A stretch of DNA of 64,000 nt, taken from contig CM126203.1 in NCBI GenBank assembly GCA_052327205.1, positions 100,750,001-100,814,000 of the forward strand, given 5' to 3'. A program made the translations under genes and the position numbers. Positions 52,200 to 64,000 of the stretch are shown here, piece by piece (the first letter of the stretch is position 1; each line of letters opens with the position of its first letter). The notes under the pieces were generated by a model. It was not told where the DNA came from. It saw only the letters and a list, made by a program, of their open reading frames with translations, and did not search any database. The DNA comes from Somniosus microcephalus. Taxonomy: Eukaryota.

Positions 52200-52800
52200 G
52201 ATTGAAGAACTGTTGACCAGAAGCTGACACTTGTCCAGAAAGAAGAACCAGATTTCAAATAATTTCTCCAATTTCAGCCTCAGAGTGCATTATTTTCTCA
52301 GACTTGGCTAATTTCTGAAGTGAATCAACCCATATTGACCAGGTGGGGAGATTCTCCTGTCACCACCTTAGTGGGATGTACAAAATAGCTGTAGTGAGGA
52401 GGAAACTTAAGGTCTTGCTGGGATTGGGGGGCGGGGGTGTTGGGAAGAGCAAAGAGAGAGGCAAGGCCGATGAGGCAGTGTGCCACACCCAATTCAAGGG
52501 GATGCCTAGTGTTTTTTTGGATGTTAAAAAGGCATCTTTTGCAATAGGGCTTGATTTTTGGGCACAACCAGAAAACATGGGGGACTATGCCCTTCCTACC
52601 AAAGTGTCTCCAGGATTCCAACTCTGCAGACCGACAGGGAGATGGTATGTCCTTAGGTTAATTTTAATTTGCCTTTTTATTACAGGTTCAGACCGTGAGT
52701 GCTGCTTTAGAAATGGAATGTCAATAGATGGTTAAGGTTCATTCCGAGGCAGGTTTTTGTAAACTCTGCTGGAAACCCATCAGGTTCCAAGGCTTTGAAT
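52200..52800 (-). mobile_element. L1/Tx1-clade LINE C-terminal remnant (highly decayed)
   Basis: HVFWLCPKIKPY resembles the HxFWxCP part of the L1/Tx1 CCHC zinc-knuckle region. Confidence 0.5.
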
Positions 52801-53538
52801 TTATCAGACACAACACATCTTAGTGCAGCTTCCAGGTTATTAATCCAGCAGTTGCAAGCGATACTTTGACTTCATCAGAGTGATTGCTGAGAATGCTGAC
52901 TTGCACAAAGAGTTGTGCCAGACCCACCCCTGCTCTACATCCAGAATGAGATTGGATGCTGCTTGCCCTTTGCCATGGCGTGCCCGGTTGGAGCTGCCCA
53001 TTACTGGTTGGGCTTTCTTTCTTCTGCTGGCATGGAACGGTTATTCTGATTGGTTGAACTGACCAAGATCACAGCTTCTCCCCCCACCCCCCTTCCATAC
53101 AATGTTACTGGTGTTTCCACAGTACTAAAGTCCAGTGTATTCACCCATGTTACACACCATTATAGCAGATAACCAGTAAGTAGTAACCAAGGAAGTAAAG
53201 TACATGCAACAATCAAAAAATACTTGCACCCGTAGCTTTTCGTCTTACCATTTTACCAACAAATGCAGAAAAAGGATGAAGTACACATGCACACACCATG
53301 CAAATATAATATTGAGATCACATGCCCAACTGATGGTGACTATTACTCAATTATTATTTGCTAATCAAAAATGCATCTGGATTCTCAATTAGCCATGTGG
53401 GTCGTGACGAACGTACTGGACAACACTGATCTAGTGTAATGGGAGAGTCGAGCTTTTCCCTCGCCATCTCATTCAGTTGGGAGATCAGCAGGGTGGCCAA
53501 GTATTCATGATGCTCTTTGTTTAACCTGTGGATTCAGT

Positions 53539-53945
53539 TGTCAGCCTTGGCTCAGTGGTAGCACTTGCACCCAAGTTAGAAGTTTGGGGGTTCAAGTCCC
53601 ACTGCGGATACTTGAGCACATAATCTAGGCTGACATTTCAATGTAGTACTGAGGGAATACTGCACAGTTGGAGGTGTGGTCTTTCAGATGATACATTAAT
53701 TTGAGACCCCATCTGTCCTCTCAGGTGGACGTAAAAAAAATCCCATAGCACTATTCAAAGTTCTCCTGGTGTCTTGGCCAAACATTTATTCCTCAACCAA
53801 ACAGATCAACTGGTCATTTATCTCTCTGTTGTTTGTAGGATCTTGCTGTGTGAAAATTGGCTGCCGTATTTCCCTTCATGGCAGCAGTGACTACACTTCA
53901 AAAAGTAATCCTATGGGATGTCCTGAAAACCGCTATATAATGCAC
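53539..53945 (+). mobile_element. SacSINE1/Deu-type tRNA SINE, more diverged copy
   Basis: A box TGGCTCAGTGG and B box GGTTCAAGTCC; colinear with the reverse complement of 2668-3127. Confidence 0.85.
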
Positions 53946-56279
53946 ATTCTTACACAGATTTCTAAATACATTTTCAATTTCCAATTGATCACCTTGGGGT
54001 CGTAGGATATGGTACCGTTGTTAGTGCACATTCTTCTACCCTGGTTGCTGAGTTCAACAATTTTCTGCAATAAGCACAGGGCCTCATGAATCACCATACC
54101 GTTTGCATGTACACCCTATTAAGCAGCAGTCACTAGTAGAGAGCCTGCCCCTGGATCACCATCAGGCGAGAATAGCACATGGAGCACATCTACCGCAAGA
54201 CAAAAGCATGCAGAAACTGCTATTCTCATCTGATGAGGCAGTCTTGATGTGCATCTCTGCTGCTTCTTTGTGGTTCTCTACCTATACTGAAGATCTATCC
54301 TTTCTTTTCACTTCAGTCCCATTGTTCATTTCAATCCTGTTGTTCATGTCCTCTGATCTTGGCAAACATTGCTGCTGACTTAAGTGGGTCTTTTCCAGTG
54401 AGTGCTGGATAGGGTGCTATGCCCTGTGCCCCTGCTCTCTATCAGCCCTGGGTAGGGGAGGTGGTGTTGAGCCTTTACAATGGCTGTGCTGCCTTTTTCT
54501 GAAGCTGAAGTATCTGGTTCTTTGCAATGTTGTTGAAACTTCTGGGGTTTTGTGTAACAGTTCTAGCCTGGGTTGCTGCAGGACTGGGGCGGTGGCTGTA
54601 CCTTTTGTTGATAGCAACCGTGGCTCCACGTTCTGCTTTAAAAGGCAGAGGCTTTCTTGTGTCCTGCCAGTGCTCTAGATTTTACAACTGTATGGTTGTG
54701 TAGCTCTCTGTCCTAGTCTTACTTTACTGGAGCTTTTCATTTTATTACAATCAATTGCTTGTGCCTGCTGAGCAGCATTCTGCAAATCAGACAGGGAACA
54801 GATCAAGAGCTTAGTGGCCCTCCAGAGGTGCTGTATGGTCGCAAATTTGTCAGTACTGTGTCCATTCGGCAAGGAGGGGTGTGCATCTTCCGTGACGGCG
54901 ATTGAAACTTTAATTCACACAAAAAAAATTCTGGAAAAAATGGCAAACTCCAACACTATATACCCTGACAAATAAAATTTAAAACAAATTTAAATATTAA
55001 AAAAAAAAAAATCACACATCTACCAATGAAACTAGGTCCAACTTTCTCCCTCCCCCTACCATAAGGACAACAAATGATGCCACTCCTCTGAACATCAGGG
55101 GCTCAGTGTACATCCAACTCCCCCAAGCTTCACAATTTGCTAGCTTATTCATCATCTTCTGATGTAACAACTCCAATGGAGAGATTTCAAACTGTGCATA
55201 CACATAACTCGTATGTAACAGACTACAATTCCCAAAAGTCTGGGTTCCCGCACATCCACAAAGGATGCTGCTTCTTTCCAACTCACTGGAGCATTACAGA
55301 CATGCTGGGGACTCAAAGTACACAACTGCTAGCCATGATTTCTTTACATAAATAGTAATTTCATCCTCCTTTATTAGTTAAATTTTACAGGAATGTTAGT
55401 CTTTCTTTACCACCAAAAATGAGTTTGCGCCCAATTTGATCTTTACTTTCAAAAAAGCACGTGTGTGCAATTTGCCCTGTTCGTATATATGGTTTTGTTT
55501 ATTGCTTAAAGCCAAACTTGAACAACAAACACCTTTTCCTTTTTAGATAGAAAGAAATTTTAGTTTAAAGTTTGGCATTTTTTAGTTATGGGATATTTTT
55601 GTCTGTAGTTATAGAGTTCCTCTCTTTGTGCTACATTACCTTGCTTCAAAAGAGGTTATTTTAACCAAGATGCTACCCTTAAAGTGGGGCTTCTGTAACC
55701 ACATGCTGGAAAATAGGCTTCTTCCTTTTGTCTTTACATGAAGTATCTCAGAAAACAAGCCAGTCATGCCAAATACTGTTGAATAATACTTCACGCACGC
55801 ATCTGGGAAAATAATCACACAAGTACTAGAAAAACTAAATGTGCATCATCTAGCTATTATGCAGCACTATAATCTAATCAGGATAGTCCTAGCATAGACA
55901 GCAAGTCACATACCATATGTGGCATTTGGGTATATGTTATGGAAGTTGCTATTCATGGTTTGATTAAAGTGCTTCTGTCTTGCAGGTTGATTTCTCAAAG
56001 GCAAAGCTATATTCGAAGGGTTTTACGGATATTAGGATCAGACATTTTTGATATACCATTTAGTGATGGTTTTGACATTGGTGCAGCAGTTGTGGAGGCA
56101 AGACACAACTTCACAGGGAAATACCTATGTAACTCCAAGAAAGACTAACTGGTAGAGATTGAGTGGCTACTACCTTTCTGTAGTGTTTATCGACTTTGTT
56201 TGAAAGATCTGCAAAGAAAGCCATTCTAAAGAACTTAACTGATGGGTTTGTCTCTAACTCTTCATGCACTGGTTAAGGC

Positions 56280-56932
56280 TGTGAGGTTGAACCACACTGT
56301 TCACAACTTTGGTGTCATATTTGACCCCGACATGAGACTCTGACCACATACCTGCGCCATCACGAAGACCGCCTATTTACACATCCGGAACATCGCACGA
56401 CTCCACCCCTGCCTCAGCTCGTCTGCCTTTGCTATCTCTGCCCATGTCCTAACTCGCATCAAGTCCCGTTCACCCATCACCCCTGTGCTCGCTGACCTAC
56501 ATTGGCTCTCGGTTAAGCAACGCTTCGATTTAAAAATTCTTATCCTTGTTTTTAAATTCCTCCATGGCTTTGCACCTCCCCATCTCTAATCTCCTCCAGC
56601 CCCACAACCCATCCAAGATATCTGCGCTCTTCTAATTCTGGCCTCTTGAGCATCCCTGATTTTAATCACTACACCATTGGTGGCGGTGCCTTCAGCTGTC
56701 AAGGTCCTAAACTCTGGAAATTCCCTACCTAAATCTCTGCACCTCTCTACCTCTCTTTCCTCCTTTAAGACGCTCCTTAAAACCTACATCTTTGACCAAG
56801 CTTTTTGTCATCTGCCCTAATATCTCCGTATGTGGCTTGGTGTCAAATTTTGTTTTATAACGCTCCTGTAAAGCGCTTTGGGACGTTTTACCATGTTAAA
56901 GACGCTACAGTATATAAATACAAGTTGTTGTT
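56280..56932 (+). mobile_element. L2 LINE 3' fragment
   Basis: Colinear with the reverse complement of the 60792-61520 L2 region; tail aaatacaagttgttgtt. Confidence 0.88.
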
Positions 56933-57261
56933 ACTCAGACTGACTACAACTCACTTTTACCACTTGCTGTTGTAAAATTTGTAAATAAACCCATTTAGTC
57001 ATTTTGTCTGGTACAAAATTGTGTGGCACGACCAATGTTCTCTCTAATTTTTTTTTCGCGCACGGTCCCTTTAAATTTGCTGTGCCCATCTTCCAGCGCT
57101 AACAGCTTGTGAGCGGCATGTGCGGGACCTCCCGATTGATGCTCGCCCGCACACCTTGGGCATGACCAACATTAAGTATCTTCTAAAGTGACATGGGTCC
57201 ATAGTGCAAATCCTACATGCAATCCAAGGACATCCTATAGCAGCTTATTTTGTATATTTCT

Positions 57262-58090
57262 CTATCCCTCCACTGCCTTTGTGCTGTCAGAGTGCTCGTC
57301 TCTGGATGAGCTGCAATTAAACATTAGAAAGAGTAAAGCCATCTTCTTCAGCCGTTGTCACAAACTTCCTACGCTCACTATGGATTTCATCTCACTCCCC
57401 AGCCACCGTCCCAGGTTAATCCAAACTGCTTGTAACTATGCCATCCTGTTTGACCCGGAGATGAGCTTCTGATCCCATTTTCTCCCCGTCACATAGACTG
57501 CTTACATCTACCTCAGCCCAGCTGCTGCTGAAACTCTAATCCATGCCTTTTTGTCACTTCCAGACTTGACTATTCCAATGCTCTCCTGGCCAGCCTCCCC
57601 ATGCGCCATAAACGCGAACTCATGCAAAACTCGTAACCTGCACCAACTCCCGCTTATCCATCACCCCAGTGTTCGCTGACCTACATTGGCTTCCGGGCCA
57701 CCAATGCCTCAGATTTAAATTTCTCATCCTTGTGTTTAAATATTGTCACGGACTCACCCCTCCCGATTTCATCTCCAACCCTACAACCCTCCAAGAACTC
57801 TGCGTTCATCTAACTCTGGCCTCCTTCTTGTGTATCCCCCATTCCTTTTGCCCCACTATTGATAGACGTGCCTTTAGTGGTCTAGGTTTTCAGCTCATGA
57901 ATTCTATCCCTAAACCTCTCCAACTCCCTCTCATCCTTTAAGATCCACCTTAAAACCCACACCTTTGACCAAGCTTTTAGCACCCATTCTAAAGGCCCCT
58001 TCTTTTGCTTGGCATCCATTTTTTGTCTGATTACACCTCTGTGAAGTACTTTACATTTTTCTACATTAAAAGCACGACATAAATGTTGTT
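57262..58090 (+). mobile_element. L2 LINE 3' fragment (older)
   Basis: LQLNIRKSKAIFF and ADLHWLPGHQCLRFKFLILVFK motifs plus an L2 tail. Confidence 0.85.
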
Positions 58091-58802
58091 CATTCCAATG
58101 AAAGCTTCTGGGAATTGACCTTTGCATTTGACATGTGAAAAATGATTTGCAGAACCGTAAACTTTAATAATTACATTGATTGTTCCCTGGTATAATGTTC
58201 CAACTGCTATAAAATTCTAAGTACCTCTGACTCACCAGGAGCAACACCACAGGAGAGCCACTATTTTAAAAAATGTGTTGAATGTTGCAAGTATCTTCAG
58301 TGTCACTGAGCGAGCTGAGATAGCCTATGGACCAGCGATAAACATTGATCAAGCTATGTCAGAATTTGCTTCACTCATTCTCCTAAGGGACGTTTTCAAC
58401 AAATATTACTTTGCAAAGATAAGCATAATATTAATGAAACTACCAGAATATCATTACATTCATCATATTTTAATAGTCTGAAAAATTTGGATTACCAGTT
58501 TTTATACCTCCTAAAATCTGTAATATTGGACATAGTGTAAGAAAGGGGGAAATCTTCATTTCAGAGTCTCTCTAACTAACCTGAGCCTAAATCAATTGAT
58601 TCTATTCTTAATTGTAGTTTAAAGATTTCATTATGTTATTGCTATACTTCTACTTGCAAATCCTGTTGTAATATGCCCTGGGTAGACTCGGTTAGATTTT
58701 GAAATGGAAGAGACCGAACCACTAGGCCTTGGTTGGCCAAATTAAAGATAAAGTCAGCAGCCTTCCTGCCACACAAACAGCTAGCCTGGGAAGCAAGGTC
58801 AT

Positions 58803-58928
58803 ATTTGCAGGGCTACAGGAAAACGGCAGGGGAGTGGGACTAGCTGAAGTGCTCTTGCAGAGAGCTGGCATAGGCTCGATGGGCTGGATGGCCTCCTTCT
58901 GTGCTGTAACCATTCTATGATTCTATGA
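58803..58928 (+). mobile_element. CR1 3' UTR fragment
   Basis: GGCCTCCTTCTGTGCTGTAACCATTCTATGATTCTATGAT tail. Confidence 0.8.
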
Positions 58929-59756
58929 TATGTGACTGCCACTGTGCTGGAATGTTATAACATCCACAGTGAATTAAAAACATAGGCAAATGGCAAGGAC
59001 ACCATATCTCTACACATGGAGACATGTTCAGTTTGTATTACCATAACTACCCCAGATATGAGTCATGATGGTCAAAAACCAGACGATAACAGGGTGTAAT
59101 GAGATGAGGACCTGACAGGGGTAGGCGGGATCATTAGGTACGTGGCATCCCTGTAACTGGACGGGGGGGGGGGGCGGGGGGGGGAGAAGGTGGTTTCAGT
59201 TGTAAGTCAATGATTGGGTTAACTGGTCCCCATAGGCTTTGCTGGGAAGTAGTAGTATAAGAAGGGGTCTTGCAAATACTTAGGTTGTAGAGGCATTCAG
59301 CAAGAAGCTTGGGAACATTCTCCAGATGAGCCGAGGAGGGTTTCGGGTTGCCGGAGGACCCACACACGTCGCATTGGGTGGACAAGCAAGCCGAGAGGCC
59401 AGGTCCAATGGGAGCTGACCCGTGGAGATTGTGTCTTCTACCCAGGGCCCAACGGGTAATATAAACCTTGATTGTGCCTCGTTTAACTACAACTCAGATG
59501 CTGTAATGTATCAAGTCTCATTTTCACTGAATAAAATATAATTACCATCACCAATACGGGTCAAGTCGAATCTTTCGGAACTTAGGAGTGAAAGGGTTAA
59601 TTGGCACAGACCCAGAAACTGAACAATAGTTCAACAGGAATTACCCCTCTCACTGTCTAATGTCCCTCTTCCATTATAGCATCACTGCAGCATGTTAAAT
59701 CAGGCCTGTGGTTATCTGGATACATAAAAAGCTGGGAGTGTCTGGCCATAATGATT

Positions 59757-60500
59757 GGGCCGTAATTTGCGACCCCACGGGTGCGTACGCGCCCGTAGGG
59801 GCCACACAAGTTCCAGGTTTAGGCATCCAAAGCACATGCGCGAAAACCCGGAACTTGCGATCTGTCGAGAATTCTCGACAGATCATCCGCATCCCCAGGA
59901 AAAGGGCCTCTGCGGGTGGAGAGTTGCGCTATTTGCCCAACTTCTGCCCAGCGAATGCCCTTGAAATTCTTACGCCTGGTAAAAGCAAGCGTAAGGTCCG
60001 CTCTTACCAGTATAAGAGTTTTAAAAAATAGTAAATAAAATGTTATATACTTTAAAAGCCATGTTCAATCAGGTAAGTTTATTTTTAGCCCTGTTAAAAC
60101 ATACAATTATTTTTCCAAAAAATTACATTTTTGTTTAATATATTTAATTAAATGGCATTTTAATTAATTTTAACTATGTAATTAAAAAATATATATATTT
60201 CATATGTTCATGTATTTTTCAAGTGATCCCCATTCATACTTATGGGGATTCCGTTTGTATGGAACTCCCAGAGTATGAATGGGGATTCCCTTCTTTTATT
60301 GGTTGGGCTGGCCCACGTGATCCCAGGAGCGCTTGCGAACCGCCTGCGCCCCTGGGATACGTGGGCCTCTGCCCTCGAGTACCCGGAGAGGCCCAGGAGC
60401 CCGAATCTCCGTACTTGCTGGACCACCAGGTAAATTAGTAGATTTTTTACAGGTCGGAGGCATCCGCCCGCGGGAAGCCTCTGACTGCAAATTTTGGGCC
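59757..60500. mobile_element. MITE, probably Harbinger-type
   Basis: TIRs GGGCCGTAATTTGCG / TGCAAATTTTGGGCC (11 of 15 match), flanked by a 3-bp direct repeat ATT (59754-59756 and 60501-60503). CpG-rich arms surround an AT-rich core with internal hairpins. Confidence 0.7.
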
Positions 60501-60629
60501 ATTGTGCATGATATCTTGGGTACAGCAGTAAGCTGAGTGGGAGTGTGGCGAGTAAAAGAGTGACTATAATTGGTGGTTATGATCATTTGAAATAGTTCCA
60601 ATGTTTTAAAAAATATCCAGGAGTGAGAT

Positions 60630-60791
60630 GAGGGGATTATAGAAAGTGCAGGAGTGAAATTAAAAAGGAAATTAGGAAAGGAAAGAGAGGGCATGAAAAA
60701 ATATTGGCGAGAAAAATCAAGGAAAACCCAAAGATGTTTTATAAATACATAAAGAGCAAGAGGATAACTAAAGAAAGAGAAGAGCCTATTA
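60630..60791 (+). mobile_element. CR1 ORF2 fragment, left of the L2 insertion
   Basis: Encodes KIKENPKMFYKYIKSKRITKEREEPI and continues in frame at about 62920. Confidence 0.8.
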
Positions 60792-62917
60792 TAACAGCAA
60801 CTTATATTTATATAGCGCCTTTAACGTAATAAAACGCCCCAAGGCGCTTCACAGGAGTGTTATAAAAAAAACACAAAATGAGAGTGAGCCATATAAGGAG
60901 ATGTTAGGACAGATGACCAAAAGCTTGGTCGAAGAGATAGGGTTTAAGGAGCGTCTTAAAAGGAGGAAAGAGAAGTGGAGAGACTTAGGTCGGGAATTCC
61001 AGAGCTTAGGACCTAGGCAGCTGAAGGCATGACCGCCAATGGTGGTGCAATTAAAATCGGGGATGTTCAAAAGGCCAGAATAGGCGGAGCACAGAGGTCT
61101 AGGGGGATTATAGGGCTGGAAGAGATTACAGAGATAAGGAGGAGCGACGCCATGGAAGGATTTGAAAACAAGGATGAGAATTTTAAAATTGAGGCATTGC
61201 TTAACTGGGAGCCACTGTAGGTCAGCAAGCACAGGGGAGGTGGTGAGCAGGACTTGGTGCGAGTTAGTACACGGGCGGCAGAGTTTTGGATGACCTCAAG
61301 TTTATGGAGGGTAAAACTTGGGAGGCTGGCCAGGAGTGCATTGGAATAGTCAAGTCTAGAGGTGAAAAAGGCATGGATGAGAGTTTCAGCAGCAGATAAG
61401 TTGAGCTAAGAGTGGAGATGGGCGATATTACGAAGGTGGAAATGGGCAGTCTTAGTGATAAAACGGATATAAGGTAGGGAGCTCAATTTGTGATCAAATA
61501 TGACACCAAGGTTGCGAACAGACTTGGTCAGCCTGAGACAGTTGTCAGGGAGAGAGATCGAATCAGTGGAAAGGGAATGGAGTTTGTGGCGTGAGCCGAA
61601 GACAATGGCTTCGGTCTTCCCAATATTTAATTGGAGGAAATTTCTACTTATGCAGTGCTGGATGTCGGACGAGCAGTCTGATAGTATAGAGGCGGTGGAG
61701 GGTTCAAGAGAGGTGGAGGAGAGGTAAGTAGAGCTGGGTATCATCAATGTACAATGAAAACTCACATTGTGTTGCCGGATGATACCACCGAGGGGGGAGC
61801 ATGTAGATGAGAAATAGGAGGGGGCCAAGGATAGATCCTTGGGGGATACCAGAGGTGACAGTGCAGGATTAGGAAGAGAAGCCATTGCAGGTGATTCTAT
61901 GGTTACGTCTGGAAAGATGGGAATGAAACCAGGCGAGTGCCGTCCCATCCAGCTGGGTAACGGTGGAGAGGCGTTGGAGCAGGATTTTGTGGTCAACCGT
62001 GTCAAAGGCTGCAGGCAGGCCCAGAAGGATGAGAAGGGATAGATTATCTGTGTCATAGTCAATTAGGATGTCATTTGCGACCTTGGTAAGAGCAGTTTCG
62101 GTACTGTGGCAACGGCGGAAGCCTGATTGGACGGATTCAAACATGGAGTTCTGGGAAAGATGGGCACAGATTTGGGAGGCGACAACATGTTCAAGAACGT
62201 TAGAGAGAAAAAGGAGGTTGCAGATGGGGCAATAGTTTGCAAGGACGGAGGGGTCAAGGGTTGTTTTTTTTGAGAGGGGTGATGACAGCAGATTTGAAGG
62301 AAAGGGGGACAATACCAGAGGAGAGAACCTTTAACAATATCCGTTAACATGGGAGCCAGGAAGGAAAGTTGGGTTGTCAGCAATTTAGCAGAAATAGGGT
62401 CGAGAGAGCAGGAGGTCAGTCTCATTGACAAGATGAGCTTTGAAAGGGCAAGGGGGGAAACAGGAGAGAAATTAGAGAAATATGCAAATTTAGGGTTAGG
62501 GCAGGGGGAAAACGGAGAGGAAGTAAGGTCCGGTGGGCTAGGGGAAGGGAGGGAATTGAAAGCAGAAGCATTGGATGGATGTTGTTAATCTTTTTAACAA
62601 ATAAGTCCATGAGCTCCTCACATTTATTGTTCGAGGTGAGGGAGGAGGAGGCAGGGGAGGGTGGTTTGAGAAGATGGTAAGTGGTGAAGAGAAGCCTGGT
62701 GTTATTTTTGCCATTCTGAATGACCTTAGAATAGTGGGCGGTTTTAGTGATGGAGTGCAGGACCCGGTAAAGCTTTATATGTTCTAGCCAAATCTGGTGA
62801 TGGATGGTTAGATCAGTTGTCTGCCAAAGACATTCAAGTCTGCGTCTCTTGGACTTAAGGGAGCGGGGATGAGGGGTATACCAGTGGAACGACTAGGGTG
62901 AGAGAGTGTAATGATTT
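60792..62917 (-). mobile_element. L2 LINE, 5'-truncated about 2.1 kb copy, inserted into a CR1
   Basis: RT motifs (QSGFRRCHSTETAL, AAFDTVDH, NFLQLNIGKTEAIVFG, LQWLPVKQCLNFKIL), tail at 60792, and a flanking TATTA duplication. Confidence 0.9.
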
Positions 62918-63145
62918 TATTAAAGACCAAAAAGGTAACTTGTGTGTGGAGGCTGAAGACGTGGGTATGGTTCTTAATGAATACTTTGCATTTATCTTCA
63001 TAAAAGAGAGGGACATTGTAGTTAAGGAGGAAGAGTGTGAAATATTAGATGAGATAAACAAAGCGAGAGAGGATATATTAAAAGGTTTAGCATCTTTGAA
63101 AGTAGATAAATCGTCAGGCCCGGATGAAGTGTGTCCCAGACTCTG
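62918..63145 (+). mobile_element. CR1 ORF2 fragment, right of the L2 insertion
   Basis: IKDQKGNLCVEAEDVGMVLNEYFA...LKVDKSSGPDEVCPR. Confidence 0.85.
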
Positions 63146-63149
63146 GCCA

Positions 63150-64000
63150 TCATTCTAATGATAGGGGATAGATAGCGTCCTCTGTAGCCAAGAACGAGAA
63201 TCCCGAAAGGTGTGTTGCCTACCCGGTGCCAGGGTAAGGGATATCTCATGGCGGCTGGAGAGGAACTTGGAAAGGGAGGGGGTAAATCCAGTTTGTCATA
63301 GTTCATGTTGGAACAAACGACACAGGTAGGAATAGGGAGGAGGTCCTGCTGAGGGAGTATCAGGAGTTAGTAGCTAAATTAAAAAGCAGGACCTCAAGGG
63401 TAATAATCTCTGGATTATTGCCTGAGCCACGTGCAAATTGGCATAGAAACAGTCAGATCAGGAGAATTAACACATGGCTAAAGGGCTGGTGTGGGAAAGA
63501 GGGGTTCCTTTTCATGGGACACTGGCACCAGTACTGGGACAGGAAGGAGTTGTACCGAGGGGACAGGCTCCACCTGAACCGGGATGGGACCCGTGACCTA
63601 GCGGAAAGGGTAAATAGGGAGGTGGCAAAGGCTTTAAAACTAGTAAGACAGGTGGAGGGATCTAAAAGAAATGAAACCAGCCTAAATATAAACAAAACAG
63701 GAAAGGAGAGCATAGGAAAGAATAAAGTAAGGGAGGACATTGATGGCCAGGGCGTTATAGGATAAGAGTTTAAAAAGATGGCTAAAAATGAGAGGAACTG
63801 CTATTAAAATTAGTTAAACTGTCTGTACACACACAGTATTCGTAATAAAACAGGGGAGCTGGAGGCAGTCATGCATTGCAAGGAACCAGACATAGTAAGG
63901 ATTACTGAGACATGGCTACAGGAAAATCAGGGCTGGCAATTAAACATTGTAGTGTATTACATATTTAGAAAAGATAGAGGGGGAAAAGGGGGAGCTGGAA
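63150..64000 (+). mobile_element. CR1 LINE ORF1 (SGNH/GDSL esterase-like) and ORF2 endonuclease N-terminus, running off the window
   Basis: ORF1 motifs VCCLPGARVRDI and INTWLKGWC...LYRGDRLHLN, then ORF2 motifs SIRNKTGELE, DIVRITETWL and IFRKDR. Confidence 0.87.

Noticed and set aside
54100-54900. Possible decayed L1 ORF1/5' region linked to the 52.2-52.8 kb remnant
   Set aside because: There is only a compositional resemblance, with no motif I can support.
57033-57173. Possible short hAT-type MITE (CAATGTTCTCTCTAA left end)
   Set aside because: The right TIR is too degenerate and no 8-bp target duplication can be seen.
59584-59600. piggyBac-like end GGAGTGAAAGGG-TTAA
   Set aside because: No matching opposite terminus was found in the window.
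29520-64000. Further upstream LRBA exons (for example the WRLDYWEDDLRRRRRF exon)
   Set aside because: Not found by eye on the minus strand; probably beyond the window. Micro-exons cannot be excluded.

Overview
This is vertebrate genomic DNA, probably from a shark or other cartilaginous fish. That is inferred from the SacSINE1/Deu-type SINEs and the dense CR1, L2, Penelope and RTE decay. The window lies inside the large BEACH-domain gene LRBA on the minus strand. Only two LRBA coding exons are visible (29373-29519 and 25814-25950, linker plus start of the PH domain), both with canonical, phase-compatible splice sites. The intronless developmental gene MAB21L2 (ATG 20287 to stop 21366, 359 aa) is nested on the opposite strand in the following intron, which is the known LRBA/MAB21L2 arrangement. 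About 14.9-33.4 kb has no recognisable transposons, retains CpG over much of its length and holds several candidate enhancer blocks. The flanks are filled with decayed retroelements and Harbinger-type DNA elements, including two nested insertions. I cannot support a wholly new multi-gene system. The best leads are (i) a UUG near-cognate start in strong Kozak context that would add 19 aa to MAB21L2, within a leader containing uORFs, (ii) a G-quadruplex-forming 8-copy minisatellite next to the MAB21L2 promoter, (iii) clusters of K50-homeodomain and Pbx-Hox-Meis sites, and (iv) a pre-miRNA-sized hairpin inside a MITE. Repeat boundaries are approximate, and family names come from recalled motifs, not from database searches.
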